Assembly: GCA_965285935.1 (NCBI GenBank)
Contig: OZ260662.1
Location: 18,662,001-18,726,000 of the forward strand
From: Ophelia neglecta
Taxonomy: Eukaryota
Direction: 5' to 3'
Length of the DNA stretch: 64,000 nucleotides
In this document: in pieces, positions 1 to 14,580 of the stretch
How positions within the stretch are numbered: position 1 is the first letter of the stretch
How the letters are laid out: each line of letters opens with the position of its first letter
Translations under genes and position numbers: made by a program
Notes under the pieces: model-generated
What the model saw: only the letters and a program-made list of their open reading frames with translations
Told to the model about the DNA's origin: nothing
Databases searched by the model: none

Positions 1-92
1 CAAATTACAATTATCTGTTTAAACAGACCGTCTCTACAATCAGACCAGCATTTGCAAGTTATTTAGAAGGTCTTAATTCACTGGTTAAAGTG
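1..92 (-). mobile_element. Partial copy of the ~180-bp pogo/Tigger-like MITE family, running off the window edge
   Basis: The reverse complement reads ta-cactttaaccagtgaattaagacc...gctggtctgattgtagagacggtctgtttaaacag, aligning with the left half of the copy at 43602-43780 (cagtgaaacctgtgaattaagacc...agtctgattacagaggtggtctgtttagactgg). Confidence 0.7.
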
Positions 93-3000
93 TAACATGA
101 TTTACAGGACGTTTATAGCTCGTGTCAAATGAACGTGATGGAAAAGTAAGATTAAAGGCTTTCTAGTTCTTCCAAAATATGTAAGCAACTATATTATGTG
201 ACATAAATAACTAATGTTATTTATCGAAATCTCACTTTGGGCAGAGAAATAAACATGATTCATCTTTTCCCATTGCTATTTATCCGCAGTCCCGTTGTTC
301 TACGATTTGTGCTGCAAGATGAATCTGCCAGGTAAGACACTTACATGTAGGAGGATCCTTCTGGACCCTTGCATGCTAACATCAATGTCAATCAGTGTAT
401 GGCATTTACACGTGAGTGAACACTTGCATGTTAACTCAAAACACATGATTTGATATATATAAAACAAAGTGTCACCATTTTGACTCTCCAATCGGGTCAT
501 ACAATGAGTTTAGGACTGTTAAGAACTTGTCGGGGACTTTGCTTTTTCATTAATTACAGCAAATGTATTGAGTTGGGGGTTAGGTTCACTTAGCAAGGTT
601 TTAAGCGTGTGCAGGGCGTTGTTTTCGCTGACTTAGTTGTTTTTTCCTCCGCCGAACGTCGACGATTTCCAACAAATACATAATTGGTAATTGTCTAGCA
701 GGGGAAGGTATTGCCAAGGCGAACGACTAGTGTCGGTGTGACTTAATGAACAATCCATCAGTGGCATGGTATATGTCTTCGTTTCGTACATTTTTAGCTC
801 GACTGTGTCCAATATTGCTACTATGTATAATCGTATAGCCAACATTGTCCGGATGGAGGCAATAAAAATAAGTTTTGTACTTTAGAGATACACACCGCGA
901 TGCAGTGTAAACGTTTAATATGTGCATGCATTGCCGCTTTTAAACATATCTACGGTCTAAATCCTGGAGGTGCCGTGTCATTTATGCCATTTCGAGAAAA
1001 CGGACTTTAGTTTTTGGCAATGTAATTGCCTTGCCTAGTAAGTTTGCCGAAGGCATGCTTCTTCTATGTGTTAGACATCCTAAACGCATGAAAATTGCAA
1101 TTTAGGATAGAATGAGCAAAGCTTACCCGTTGGCTTTAAAAGTACGAAATCCGAGCATAGAAAATTAAAGTATAGGTAAAAATGCACTATATCTCTTTGG
1201 CTTTCTTCTTTCTTTTTGACAAATTAGACCTGTGCTAACACTTCCTTAATTCTCAAGCCCACAAAGCTAATTTAGAGTTTTTACAAAATCTGCACCTCCT
1301 CTGATGCATATTTCTTGCATCGTTTTCATTCAATATGCATTTGCCCGTTTGTTTTGTGCTATAACTGTTGACAAATTCAGTTGAAAGTGATATCAAATTT
1401 GGTGCCGTTATTGCCGATTTCATGACAAGCCTGTTGATGTTAGTGTACTCGTATTCAATGTTTATTAGGCTGTATCTGCCCGGTATTAATTCCCGCTTGG
1501 TAGTATTATGAACCAGACAGAAAATCAGCTGTCCAAGGTTAAAATATGCAGTTGTAGTAAATCCATTCAGGTTCACTACTTCTTATAGTAAGCGATGTCA
1601 TCTTTGTTTTAGTTTCTAATTGAATTAATTCACTAGCTCTTTAATAAGCAGGCAACTGCTGATTGACATATGTAAGCCTGCGGCTGGTGTTTTCCAAAGA
1701 ATTCGGCCTAACTTATTTATATCCATGGTTTGTGACTTTCCCTTAGAAAATAGCTTAACATAGAAAAAAAAATTACCAAATTATATATAGACGAACATAT
1801 TGAAGGCAGCTGATACTACACACTGCAGTTTTAAAATAGGCAGTTCCTAATATTTTCATCAATAAGATGATCAATGGATGCCCGGCTATTTGTTATGAAA
1901 AAAATAAAGGCAGTATATTATATTCTATATCAAAAAACTACGGCGCACAAAATATTTAAGAACTATTCATATTTATATGTAAAGCGCTGTGTTGTGTCCG
2001 AGAGCTGAAAGCCCAATCAATTATCCTTTGTATAGAAAATCGGGGTGAGTAACAAGCCGAAACATCGGAAAGTCGGACTCCAGTATCCGTTTGGTTGATC
2101 GCACAATGTTTACAGTTCCATATTTTTCATGGACAAAGTCAGCCATCTCTATCAACAACGCTATTTCCCACACATATCAGTGAAATATACTACAAAAGTA
2201 ATGATTTGGCAAATATTATACGTTATATGACTCCCTGGTTACCAAAGAATGTTTTGTCTCAATATAGCACCGACTACGCCGCAGCTTATTGCTGCAATGT
2301 GACGCGTTTAAGACAGTGGCATTCAGAGACTTGCTGCCGGATGATTTGTGTGCTCACCGGCTCAATTGCCGCCGTTGAAGTTGCTTTAGCTTAAGACGGA
2401 AACCCACAGTATCTCCCATTACATGCTATGCCAGACGGACAAACTTTCAAGGGCTTTTAGGCAACAAAAGATCATTTTTGCGATCTAGGAAGCAATGCGG
2501 TTAGATGCTATAAGTAGCCATCGTAAGTATGAACACCGGAGTTATGTTACTAGTAATCAAGTTTACCCCTGCATGCTGATAAATGAAACTTAGAATACCA
2601 TTAACTCTTCGCGGTCATATTTCATCTCAGCCCGACCTTTGTTTTGTGCCCTGACTCCTATTTTGAAAACTCTTGACTACTTTTTGCAAGTGATATCAAC
2701 TTAATTATGTTTCAACTTCTTATTTTGCAGTATATATTAATTACTGATTTTGGAAGATGTGGATTGATTTATGTGGGCTTGTGATTTTGTGGTTTCTGCT
2801 GATTTTGGGCGAATTTGATGGAGCCTGAGAACCTCATAGGCGTTAGGCGTTTGCATCGTATGCATTATTAGGGTGAGCATTATAAGTCAAACTCTTAATC
2901 GCTAGCTCTCGTTTCACTACGTTTCAGCCACTAAATACCTCGCTAGGCCTCCTACTGGATTAAAAAGCAACATTTTCCATGTCATTACACACGATTGTTT

Positions 3001-3779
3001 TTGGCTCTTTCTGCTTCGACTCGTCCTCGCCAACTTTGCCAAATTATTGAGGCAATTGGGCAAGACACTAGGCCGGTGATAGCCTTTATTAATTCACAGA
3101 ATGAATCAACATTGTATGTCAGACTCGATCAAAATGTTATAAAAGAGTTATGTAATTATGTGCCTGTGAGTGTTTTCCATAGATGCTATTCAGATCGAGA
3201 TAGCTTTTTTATGTTGAAAAAGGGGTACCTTCTTAATACCCTGATAGGAGAGGAGTAGGCAGTTCATATACTTTGCCACGAGAATAGCACGAGATAGGTG
3301 GGGAATGTTTATCGCCATTGCGGCTTAGATGAATATTTATTTCATATGTGCGTGTAAGGCGAAGCTAATTTCGGCGAAATTATTAAGCACGCAAAACGTA
3401 TTCCCACTTTTGACGAAAAACAAGATGTTAAAAGACCACTTTTGATAATTTCGTATTAAAGAAACGTTCATCCCTTGAGGTAAATGCACTCCTTTCCATA
3501 TTCTCGCTGTATTGTTGCATTTATTTACAATACCCTTTATTCCCTTTTAACAAGCTAATGGTCTGACTCCGTCTATAATATATTGGCTACCTAGTGACTT
3601 TTCCGACTATCCTAGGGGCCACATGCATATTTCTCATATTGTTTAAAAATCGTATGTTGCAGATACTTGTGGTCAGTCACAATTTAAGCGTGACATGTAC
3701 ACTTTACATACTAAACTACTTACTATACGATCCACGGGCTTCAGTTCCCTTCTCCTCTTTAGTATTCAGGCACCGTTTA

Positions 3780-3960
3780 CAACGATCTTTTGATTTATAA
3801 TTTTTGGACAGCCTTATCTTTAGGATTGAGCTCAGACCGCCATAGATTGTCCTAGAGAATATATCACTTCTGTTCTGACTCATTTGTATTTGGCTCTGAC
3901 TCAAACACTCATGAAAGACTTTTTTATAAATAGAGGAGTTCCTCCAATTCAAGCCAATCT
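3780..3960 (-). pseudogene. Possible degraded L1/Tx1-like LINE ORF2 fragment
   Basis: The translation KKVFHECLSQSQIQMSQNRSDIFSRTIYGGLSSILKIRL resembles the 'F.W...K.....l.....GGL' post-RT motif of L1/Tx1 ORF2. Short and degenerate. Confidence 0.25.
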
Positions 3961-5994
3961 TCTTTGTTTTTGTCCGGCTACAACAATTTATTGAAATGCC
4001 GATGAGGTAAAGTGAGCATTCCCTCAAGCCGACCGGTATTAATGATAAAAAAACAAACAAATCCTTGTTTATTAATTATTGTGATGTTGATTAATAGTTC
4101 GTAGAAAATAAAAGATTGGATGTTTAGGTCCGCAAACTACAGAAAACCCGTATAACGCATATCAAAATCAATGATAAATTTGTCGTTGCAATGATATATT
4201 GGTTAATGCTAATGATGATTCAAAAATAAATTACTATTCTCCTCGACTCATGCTGTGATATACTAGACTGTTTAAGTACACACATTAAAACGTCATGAAC
4301 TGGTCTTTTCCATGTGTCTTCCTGGGATATACCTTCTAGCCCTGAATTGCGCCAGGAAAGCAGAAATTAGAATACCCTGTTTCCTTGCCGATTACTTTTG
4401 TTCGCTGCTCTTTGGAACATCATAAATAGTCGACATGTGACATCCCGGAGAACAATTTATGCCATACGTTCTTAACGACGTTCACATGCTAAGATTGAAA
4501 ATCTAGCATTCTTCCTGGGATGGTTAGTTGGTCTAATTTTTGGTCTAATAATTTTGTTCCCCTGTACCTTAGTTGGCACAGCTAACTTCTTGCGGTGAAT
4601 GACAAGAAATAAAAGTAAAACAAGCAATTGAGAGTAAAATGTGAATTATTTTTGCAAATGGAGTCTGCCCTAAATAGCCTCAACCCTAAGCGGCATACAA
4701 AACACTTCTGCACCCATCATTCCCTACGTTTTCCTAGTGTATCTGGCGTTAAATTTTATACTATGTGCCCAGCACGTGCTTAGGCTCACTTACAGGTTGC
4801 GAATATTGCCATAATGTTATATTATTTGCTAACGAGCAGAAAAGCAGCGTAACCAACACCTCGCCAGCCGGTAATTGGACGTCTAAATTGCGATTTATAG
4901 CGCAGACAATATGCTTCAACCGTGTTAAACGGTTCAGCCCGACTGTAACTGTCATCCTTTTATATTAACCGACACGTTTAGCAAAGGCGTTACATTCACA
5001 AACGCCCGAAAACTGTCTATATTTCAGATGCTAATGGAATATGCATACTGGAATGACCATCCTTCTGCTCTCTGTAGAATGATGTAGTAATCAAGATTTC
5101 GACATTGAACATCATTCTATACCTCCGAAAATCTGACAAAATAAGCTGCCGTGGGTGTTGAACAAAGAGTTGGCGATTGGTTTACTTCGAATTTTGTTAT
5201 AGAATGTTATATTTTCACTTGATAATGTCATCCCCAAATGGTATTATGTGTGATGTACAGAGTCAACATAGGTGCCTATTGTATTTCTTGCATATGCCAA
5301 AGAAACAGAGGCAACAGATATATGTAACTTAAGATATATTAGGTGCCGATGTCTCGTCTTTGTTAGTTACTGGTATATGTGCTTCTGAAATTTATTTAGT
5401 ATTGAATATTGTTCTGGACTGCGACAGAAAGTGACATATTGCAAACATAACTCTCAGTGAACCCGAAATCACGTTATTTTATCACAAACGTAAGGCATTT
5501 ATGATTAATTCTCTCAATACTACATGCGATGTTGTATGTAGGTGGTATTCTTAATCAAACTATGAGGCCGAATAGTAATCATACAAGATGCTATTAGAAA
5601 AGTGACCTCGGAGGTCAAATTTTTTAAAACAGTCATCCTTCATTCCTTGTTAGGTGCATATACTATTTTGCTCTTAAATTGTCCAGTTATAAATTGACTT
5701 TGTTGCAAATATGTTTAGCCTTTTCACTTTTACAAACGAGGTGTTACAATATGCACATAATTCATGTATGTGAGTTATTAAACCTTGACATCAGGGTACA
5801 TAAAGGTGATGAGCAATTTTGGTGGAAGTCAACGTTGCCAGTATATTTAGTGGCAAAATTATTTTACTTATATGCAATAGGTGTTTAAAGGTTTACTTGG
5901 TCTAGCACATATATACATCAACAACTATGTGAGACTAAATGATTTACATGCGTATTTGAAAGATATAATCAGCATAATGTAATGTTTCTGTCTG

Positions 5995-6348
5995 TACCAA
6001 GGAATACCGGCAAACTAACTTTAATAGATGCAGGTGTTAAATTTTGGAATGTTCTGCCTAGTCAAATCAATGCCTGTGAGAGTATTGTTTGTTTATGACT
6101 GACCATATAATAATCTTCGCTGAACCTGGACCACCATCGTACTATCCCATTCCCTGTTTTCTGCACATTTTTGTCACAAAGGTGTCAGTTTAATTATCAA
6201 GGTATGACCATGTGCAAATTAGTCTAGTTGCAAATATGGTCCCAATTAATGATTATCACTTTACTCGTTAGCTTTATTTTGAATGTATATACATGTTTTT
6301 CTTTTTTGGCAGTGAATATAAAAAAAAATGAAATTGAAAATTGGAAAT
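5995..6348 (+). mobile_element. 3' fragment of a CR1/L2-group LINE
   Basis: From ~6017 the sequence translates TLIDAGVKFWNVLPSQINACESI, the typical 'G.K.WN.LP..I' C-terminal motif of CR1/L2 ORF2. It is followed by a ~250-bp UTR and an aatataaaaaaaaa-tgaaattgaaaattggaaa tail. Confidence 0.6.
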
Positions 6349-9300
6349 TTTGTACGAAACAAGGAAAATGGGCATTTTAGTCAACAATTGTTTAAACAAA
6401 TAATTCCTTGAATTTTAATGGTTTTGTTTGCTCGTTCCATGATTTTGAGAATAAATCCTCCATAAGATTTCGGACAAATGGACGAGCAAATTCATCAATC
6501 TATAGCGTGGCTTACCACTTATTTCTACATCCCTTAACTCTCCTTTATATAAACATGGCTCGAAAGAAGCTTCTTATATTGGACACAGCAATGTCAATTT
6601 TCACAGTTGGATTTTCCTTCTGGGAATTCAATATAAATATTTTTTTTTTGTTGTGTTATTTATCTGAAACGACATGGGTGACATTGTCATGACAATGTCT
6701 GCTTCCGCGGAGAAATAAAAGTGTAGGGAACGTGACCGTCATCAAGTTTTCCTCTGCCCTATCCACATGGGATGAATATGCGATTAGGTTGCATGAAAAA
6801 CACATCACATTAAAAGCATGGACACGTTCTGGAGAACTGCCTGCTTAGTATTCAACCAGATTATTTGAATATGGAAACCTTAGGCTGGAGTCCACTATGA
6901 TGTTATTGACCGCTGTGTAAAAGCAAGGATAGCAAGTTAACAACAGCCATCCTTTTTATATACACGGTGTTGATTGTGTTGTTCAGTATTCTGTATCTTT
7001 GGCAAACTGCACCAAGTCAGCAAGTTCTCGGTAGTATGTGGTAGTATGAAGGATTGGCCACCAAAGTGGACTCGAGTCAGTGATTGTAATCCACCAATGG
7101 GCGCAGACTGACATGGTCAACGGCTGAAATCACGCTACCTCGTTCCTTACAAAAAAGGGGTCCGACAAAAATAAAAGCCTTGTTGCCCGGACAGGAATCC
7201 GTGGTTGGTCTAATTTATAGATTCATTTGCATTGGCGTGTCAGACGATTGCAATGATTCTTAGCGCCTTCGGCCAGATGAGTAAATTTCCCTGGGTCGGT
7301 GCTTCTGATCGTGTTCTGTCAGAAACAAAATACGTTACTAGTTCACTGTCCAAGGTTAATAGCTTTTTATTCCTATGTCGAATGTTTATGCAATCTAACC
7401 ATTCAGCATTCTGATAGAAACATGTGCGTCGTTATTCGCATCACTAAATCTTGTATTGTCACTTTGATAAGACACCTGTCTTCAATCCCTAAGCAATGGA
7501 CACAGTTCATTTTATAGCGTCACCCTGCAAAATTATGCTTTGTCATGTCAAATACAGAACGGATTAAAACATTCAGTGGATGATGGATCAAATGTCAAAT
7601 CAGTTAATTAACCAAGTTTCAATGAAGTTTTCATTGTCTCACTCCAAAAAAGAGGTATGAAATAAGCCATTCTAATTTTGTGAAACAAGAACACTACAAG
7701 TCGGCTAAAGAAAGCAGCTTATTTTCTGGTATTTCTGAAATAGCGTGCAGCATCCGTTGAGTTTAAATGTTTGTAATGCATGCCATACATGTTCCAAAAC
7801 GCTATCGCCTCAAATGCTTCTGTCATGTCATATAACGGCTACCTTGTTCTAATAACAAACAAGCTGCTCTTGGATCGCTTCCTGAATACATGCAACAGCT
7901 GCTTAGATTAACGCCACACTGATGTAAGGCCATTCAGTTGCCTGCGAGATTAGCAATAATGAATGTCATGGCATGTTCTGACTTAAGCATTATATGCTTG
8001 GTAATCTATTAGCCAAACCATATTGGCTTCGTTAAAAAACGTTTGCTTTTATTTCATACTTGCAACGTATCTGGACAGCACAGAAATTTAATGAAATATT
8101 ATATCAGATTCCCAAATTCTGTAGAACGGCTTTTTTAGGGTTTTAGTTAAATAATTCAAGGTGCTGATGACACTGTTCTTTCTGCTAACCGGATTGGTTG
8201 ACACAGCTTATGACCGAAATTTCTTTCAATTAACTACTTCGAGACGCTTGCACCTCATTCTGCAGTGACGTGCTACCATCTGTTCGCTGTCAGAGTACAC
8301 GTCATGCCTATGTGTTAATACTGCCTTCCACACAGTGTACGAGAGGGCTCTTATACACAGTGTGGTAGCATTGACACGTGTTCGCACCTGTGGAATATAC
8401 TTGTAGGAAGGATATGAAGAGATGGGCCTTTATAGATGACCATGATCAGGTAATTAAAACTATAATTTTCGTGGCTCGGGATTTGAATTTTTCCGTGATT
8501 GACGATGAATGATTTTTTTACTGTAACAGAGACTATCTGTTTAAATTCCCGGGATAAGGGATTCACTGTGTCAAATGTCGTAATCCGGGAAGTTTTTTTT
8601 TCTTATGACACCAAAAACCGGCATATCACCTGACAGCCAGGGGCCTTTCTGAAAACAGACATATACATGTGTGACGTGCCAGGTTTCGCAGCGCGTCACA
8701 TGGACAATGAAGGAACACGTCTTCCAATGTTCTTCCATTCACTTGATAGTTATTCAGGTCATATTCCTTACATCATTAGGTCTGGCCAATAAGTCACATT
8801 CCTGAAATCAATAAGTTTGGTCTTGGACGGTCATCTTTCATCGGTCATCCTCTTTTATTTCCGATTCTGGACCAAAAATTAGAAATTTATAAATAAAATG
8901 CCTTTCTACAAAATTGTGGTATATTGGTTCCTTATTTTGCAATAAAAACAATATAAGGGTGAATGGTGGCTTCGATAAGCTTTTAACATTATAGGCAATA
9001 CTAGCAATACAATTCCTTCTTATGGTAAGGGACTTTGCAGCGAAAACCCAGCCATCACTAGCATAGGATAGGACGCTTTTATTTATTTGAAAGAATGTCT
9101 GTTTGATTTAATTCATTTGGTTGAACGTAAATATAACTATTTGTGTGTACCAGGTGGCGTGGCCTCCATGCTTTATGAGCATGTCAAGATTAATACGCCA
9201 AAAGAATATGTTTGCTAACGCGTCCAATCTGCATTAACGCGGCGTTCAGAACCAATGTAAATTTGACTTTGGCTGCGTCAATCAAGCTAAGTAAAGTAAA

Positions 9301-12300
9301 CACGGAAAATGTCGTCTGCAGAACAATTCGCAAAAAAGAATATTTTACCATCAATTTACGATCTGAAACTACATCGCTTAGTGGCGCTAGAGTGGTTGAC
9401 TCATGAAAGAAAAGATTAGTAGTCGTATTGCATACAGCAGCCAGTTTGCGACCTAGAGATCCTTTTGATAAATATCGCGATTTTGGCTAAGTTCACACAC
9501 AATAAATGCAAGCATCTGCAAACGTCATGGTTTAACGTAATTGTGAAGGCAGAACAATAGCTCATTGAATCAGTAAAAACCGGTATGGAGAACGCGTATC
9601 AGTTCGATTATTGTATTATTGTGAGACTGACCCCTATTAACGAACTACCTTATTACATATAATAATAAAAAGGACGAATTTGCCGTCGATACGTTGCTTT
9701 GCGTACATCAAATTAACTGGAAAGCAGTGGTCGATAATCTTAAATAGGCTAACAAGAAATTAGTTGTATTGATTCTTTCTTCTTTTGTATAGTAAACTAG
9801 ACCACCACTGACATAAGTAACACATTAGCTCAGAGAGCATTAAAGACGATGGACCGACAACTCAATTTCGGCAAGGTAGTATTATGCATTTTCTAGCTGT
9901 CATCGACATGATATCACCTGTATAGTTTGTTATTAGGTTTGATAAAGTCTGTGCGTGGAAGGCCAAACAAAAAGTTTAACAAACAACTGTTAAAAATAAT
10001 GTTAATGCCTTAGTTAGGCTAATTATATAGTGGACCCTGAGGCTAACACAATGAAAACTGGTTTCCTTCATGAATTGCTAATAGATTTAATCATTTATTA
10101 ATTTATATCCATTACAAACAAGTCAATCATATATCCTAGTACGGAATTTGTCGTCTGCGTTCCACATTGATATCACGGACTAGTTAGTTTCATGGTCTGA
10201 CTCACATCATCGGTCGATTACTTCATGTAAGGGAGCGGTAGCATATCTTACATTGTTATTTGCAATAATGTTACTTTCGTTTCAAGTTCATTCACAATAA
10301 TATGCTAGTTATGAGTGTTGACTTAATGGCATGACATCACCTGATACCATCGGGGCTACTTCATGAAAAAATTTAACTAACGATATAGCTGGTCTGTCGG
10401 GTATACAATCAAGTTCTTCCTTTATCGTAGTCCGTGTATTAAGGTTCGAAGCCTATTAAACTGTTTAATGCCAAGTGAGTTCCACCTGATAGCTAATGTC
10501 AAAATACATGAATGCAAGATTTTACTGAGTGCATAGTTTGCATATGTCTCCTCTAGGGCTTAAATATATCATAATGGATGTCATGGACGATGTTTATGGA
10601 TCCATTATGGTACATAGGCTGGCACTTACACCACTCGACGGTACACTTGAGGGATATTCAACTGTTTAGTCAATACATCAAATGTGGAGTAGAACTGAGG
10701 GGAAGGCATTATACTGCGCCATATTTTGTATTAATTCAAAGTCATTTGCAATATTTATGGACATGAAATGGATGTCGTCGTATGATCTTATATACAAATG
10801 TGGCACATTATCCCTTTGCATGGTGAAAAATAATGCAGTGTGAATATAGGAAGCACAGATAACATTCCCTACATATATACTTGCTCCAAACAGCTGATAT
10901 ATTAAGTATATGATAAATAATAATCAAAATAAGTAGATGACCTTGTTTACGCCACGAACAAATAATTTCAGAAGGATGTAAAAGGGCTATGAGTCTCAAG
11001 ATGAAATTAATGGTAGGTGTATATCGTGTCGGCAGTACAAAATCTACGCGTTTATTATTTAAAGTACGTCAGCGAAGCTATTATTGTACTGTACGCATGC
11101 TTGTGCTGGAAATGTGTTGCAACCATGGCTCCATACCTGGACTTGAAAGTCGTAATGGCGACTAAGGCGTAATACATACACGAGTGTGTGGTTTTAAATT
11201 AACATTACCAATTGAATATTTGTATATAAAATAATCCCTGTATAAAATAAACAATTAAAATATATTCCTACAGTACTTTCCTCACGAATAATATGAGTAT
11301 TACAATTAATCAAAAATGGTGTATCATTTCCGCCACCATGCACCTGCATGAAATGACAAAAAACGGATGTAATAAGACCCGTATACATACTAAATCACGA
11401 ATACTCGGGCATATACGAACTCGCCTAGACTGCAAGTACATGATAATATGCCATAGATATCTTGGAATAAACGGTTTTTTCAAACGTCTGGCTGTATATT
11501 GGGTGAACTTATAAACAGGCAGGTGTCTTTTTCAGGAAGGTGATGAACCGATTGGCTTTCTAGGGATGATTATTATAGGTCAATATAACGAGATCATGCC
11601 GGGATGAGTACTAAGGGTTTGGGTATTTCATATGCAAAATAGACCTCAGTAGCTTGTCGAGGTAAAGACCACCTATAGTTATTGGTTTTATTTATTCCCA
11701 GGAAATGTCATAAACGGAAGCTGCTTTGAAACTCTGGCTGAATATGAAATAAGACTTATATCCGGACACCATATAGGCTTTGCTATGCACGACAGATTGG
11801 TACTATATCTTGCCGGATGTATATTGACCCTTTGGCCTAAGCCTCATACAACATTCAGATGTGTTACTATATCATACGTTTCCCACTGAGTCATTTAAAA
11901 TTATTTATGAAAGTTCTTTTATTAATGAATACAAGGCGCATTTTCCAAACTTTAAATTATTATTTCAGGTAATGCCTCGTGATCTCTAAAACAGAATCTT
12001 TTTAAATATGTTTTACGGCAACAAAGAACCAATTGTATGTTTTGGGGAGTCAAACCTATGTAGAAAATTTGCCTCCTTAGGCCGCAACGATTCCTTGCCT
12101 GCAGTATGTTGGTGCTCTTCAGCTCAACACCTACCGTCACCTTACTGCCGAGCGGATTCAACCGGTAGCTGTTTACCGATGCAGTACATGTATCCTATCA
12201 AAAGTATCATTATTTATAGTGGGCCATTAATCCTATATGACGAGTCCATACTTTATCCGCATGCCGCACTGTTTTATGATTCTCATTCAACAATGTGAGG

Positions 12301-12799
12301 CATCTTAAATTGCCCATTCATTAGCAGAAATGACGGTTTTAAAATGGTGTCTCAAAGCCTTCATTTTATTGACAAATACCGTTCGTTGGGTTTATGTGAA
12401 AAGTCCAGAACGTTGTTGTGATTGACATTACGATGTAATTTAAAGCAATAATGAACCATATGCACCAATTGGCGCATTCACTCCCAGTAGCCTTACCTTT
12501 GCTGAAAAAGCTGGCTAATGTTCTACTTAGTTTAACTATTGTTTGTATACCATACATACTATTAAATTAATACATTAATGAATGTATGCATTGGCGCTAT
12601 TTATAGCTCTCGGCATTCCTTCTCAATAGTACCTGTCATTGAAGGGTCATTCTGGTAATGTTTTGTTGAAATGCCTAAAGGTCTTTCTACTAGACACAAG
12701 GAATATTCAGACCTACAGTGAGTCAGAAGAAACCAATGCTTTAACGATCAATATATACACACACACTAGTGTTGATAGTTATCAAATGAGGCGATTGCT

Positions 12800-13265
12800 T
12801 ATCGTTGTAAGACACTTGACTTGAGTAAAACTGGCAGGGGTAGATGATCGTTGTGTGAGGGGCGGGTCGGACGGATATGGAATAGGCAGGGTGTAATATG
12901 GATGTGGTAGAGCACTGTTCTATCGAGGTGGGGTAGGCAGAACGGTTTGGGGGATCGAATTGTCCTTAGGTAGGATAGTCCGAATGAGATGTCGATTTGG
13001 ATGGTGTCTCGTTTCACAAATGTGGACTAGACAGGGTGAGATAGGCGTTTAGAACGATCTGTCTTGAGGTTGGAGAGGCAGGTTGAGTTGCTAGGTGTAA
13101 GCGGGTTCTTGTTGTCTTAAGGTCTGAAAGGAAGAGTGAGGTGGACGCTGTAGGCTGGGGCGGGCCTTTGTGAGATTGGAGGCATATGATCAGATAAGCG
13201 AGGTGGGTTGGGCGGGTAATCTAGAGACGGGTTATGCAGAGAAGGGTGGGAGGTTTGTAGGGATC
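12800..13265 (-). pseudogene. Possible non-LTR retrotransposon (Jockey/I-like) AP-endonuclease fragment
   Basis: A strongly strand-skewed block (G-rich on +, C/A-rich on -), unlike its flanks. The minus translation contains T..IDI and ends SHNDHLPLPVLL, similar to the 'SDH.P' terminal APE motif. Confidence 0.4.
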
Positions 13266-14580
13266 CACGGTTAAATTCATTTTGAGTATCGGAGTAAATG
13301 CATTTTAATTTGTAAATAACAATAATTATTATTATTACCGTGATGATAATGGCTATTTCGTTCTCTCGAGCATATCAGCTATATCCTACCGAGTGCATAT
13401 TGAAAGCCATTTAGAGGGAATATGAGGAAATCAATTTCGTGGTCACGTTGTTTTCCGTCCATTATTCTTCTTTGTGTGATGGTATAGAGGCATAAAAATA
13501 TCAAGTACACTAGTCTGTAATATAAGTAGCCTTTGGAAGCACACTAGCTGCTGAGTATCAATTAGACCAGCGTTACCAGGATACATAAAACACTCTGAGC
13601 AACGTGACGTCCTTCCTGTAAGGTTACACTTCCATTCACGCCTAGAAAGCACAACCCAAGGAAAAGTCACATGGGTAATTTACCCCAAACGGTTAATTTC
13701 AGCATTTCGTATCCCTCATTGATCATAAAGTAACTAGGCTAATATTATTGTTGAACTCCCTGCTTTATCCCTGCCAAGAAAAGGCATTGGCATTGGGCAC
13801 TATTTAGTGCACACGTGCGTTATCATAGAACATGATAGAAAATGCTCTATCCTGGCGGCATGTTGCATGATTATTTGCAGTGTGCCCGTCTTCATTATCA
13901 TTTATTAGCACCAATTGGACAAATAAAATGCCCACTTGCCGGGGTTGAGCAATTTGATAGCTTTTATGGTGAAATCAAATTCTTATAAAATTAGCCCTTC
14001 CCAGGCAAGTGTGTTTATCCACCACAGGCGTGCCATAATTGAGTTATATCATGGCCTTCTCATCACGGTATCCAACTGTTCACTTTACCTATTTTTGGAC
14101 GGCAAGTTATAAGAAAATAAAAGTGACATTATCCGAAAATGGTAGTCCTTGATGCGTCCGCAGGTCGTCATTTTCGTGTGGTGTACGTTCTCAGCATGAA
14201 CACGTGTGGACGGATGTCACGTTGCACACTGTGTAAAAGGCTGTTTGACTATTAGCATGAGTAGTTCGTGTCACTTACTGGCTAGCCCAATGTGCAGCGG
14301 ATTAGTTTATAAAATCATTAGCTAAATTAAACACCCAGTACAAATTGCTACATGATTATTTCAATATTCTTCCGCTTTTGAGTAAAACCTTTCTCTTTCC
14401 TTATAGCCGGTACGCACCTATATCGAGTACCCACCTATACTATAAGGCCAACGTTAGGCATATTAACAGGTATAATTTTTATAACATTTCGTTATTTATA
14501 TTGGAATACATGATGTATTTAATGGCTCGATCGGAAATAAAAAGTACAAGAAAATAAAAAATTAAGGCGTATAATACAGT

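Noticed and set aside
300-12824. Numerous 60-115 aa ORFs
   Set aside because: No domain motifs, with composition typical of random AT-rich DNA. The only possible exception (3716-4060) is listed at low confidence.
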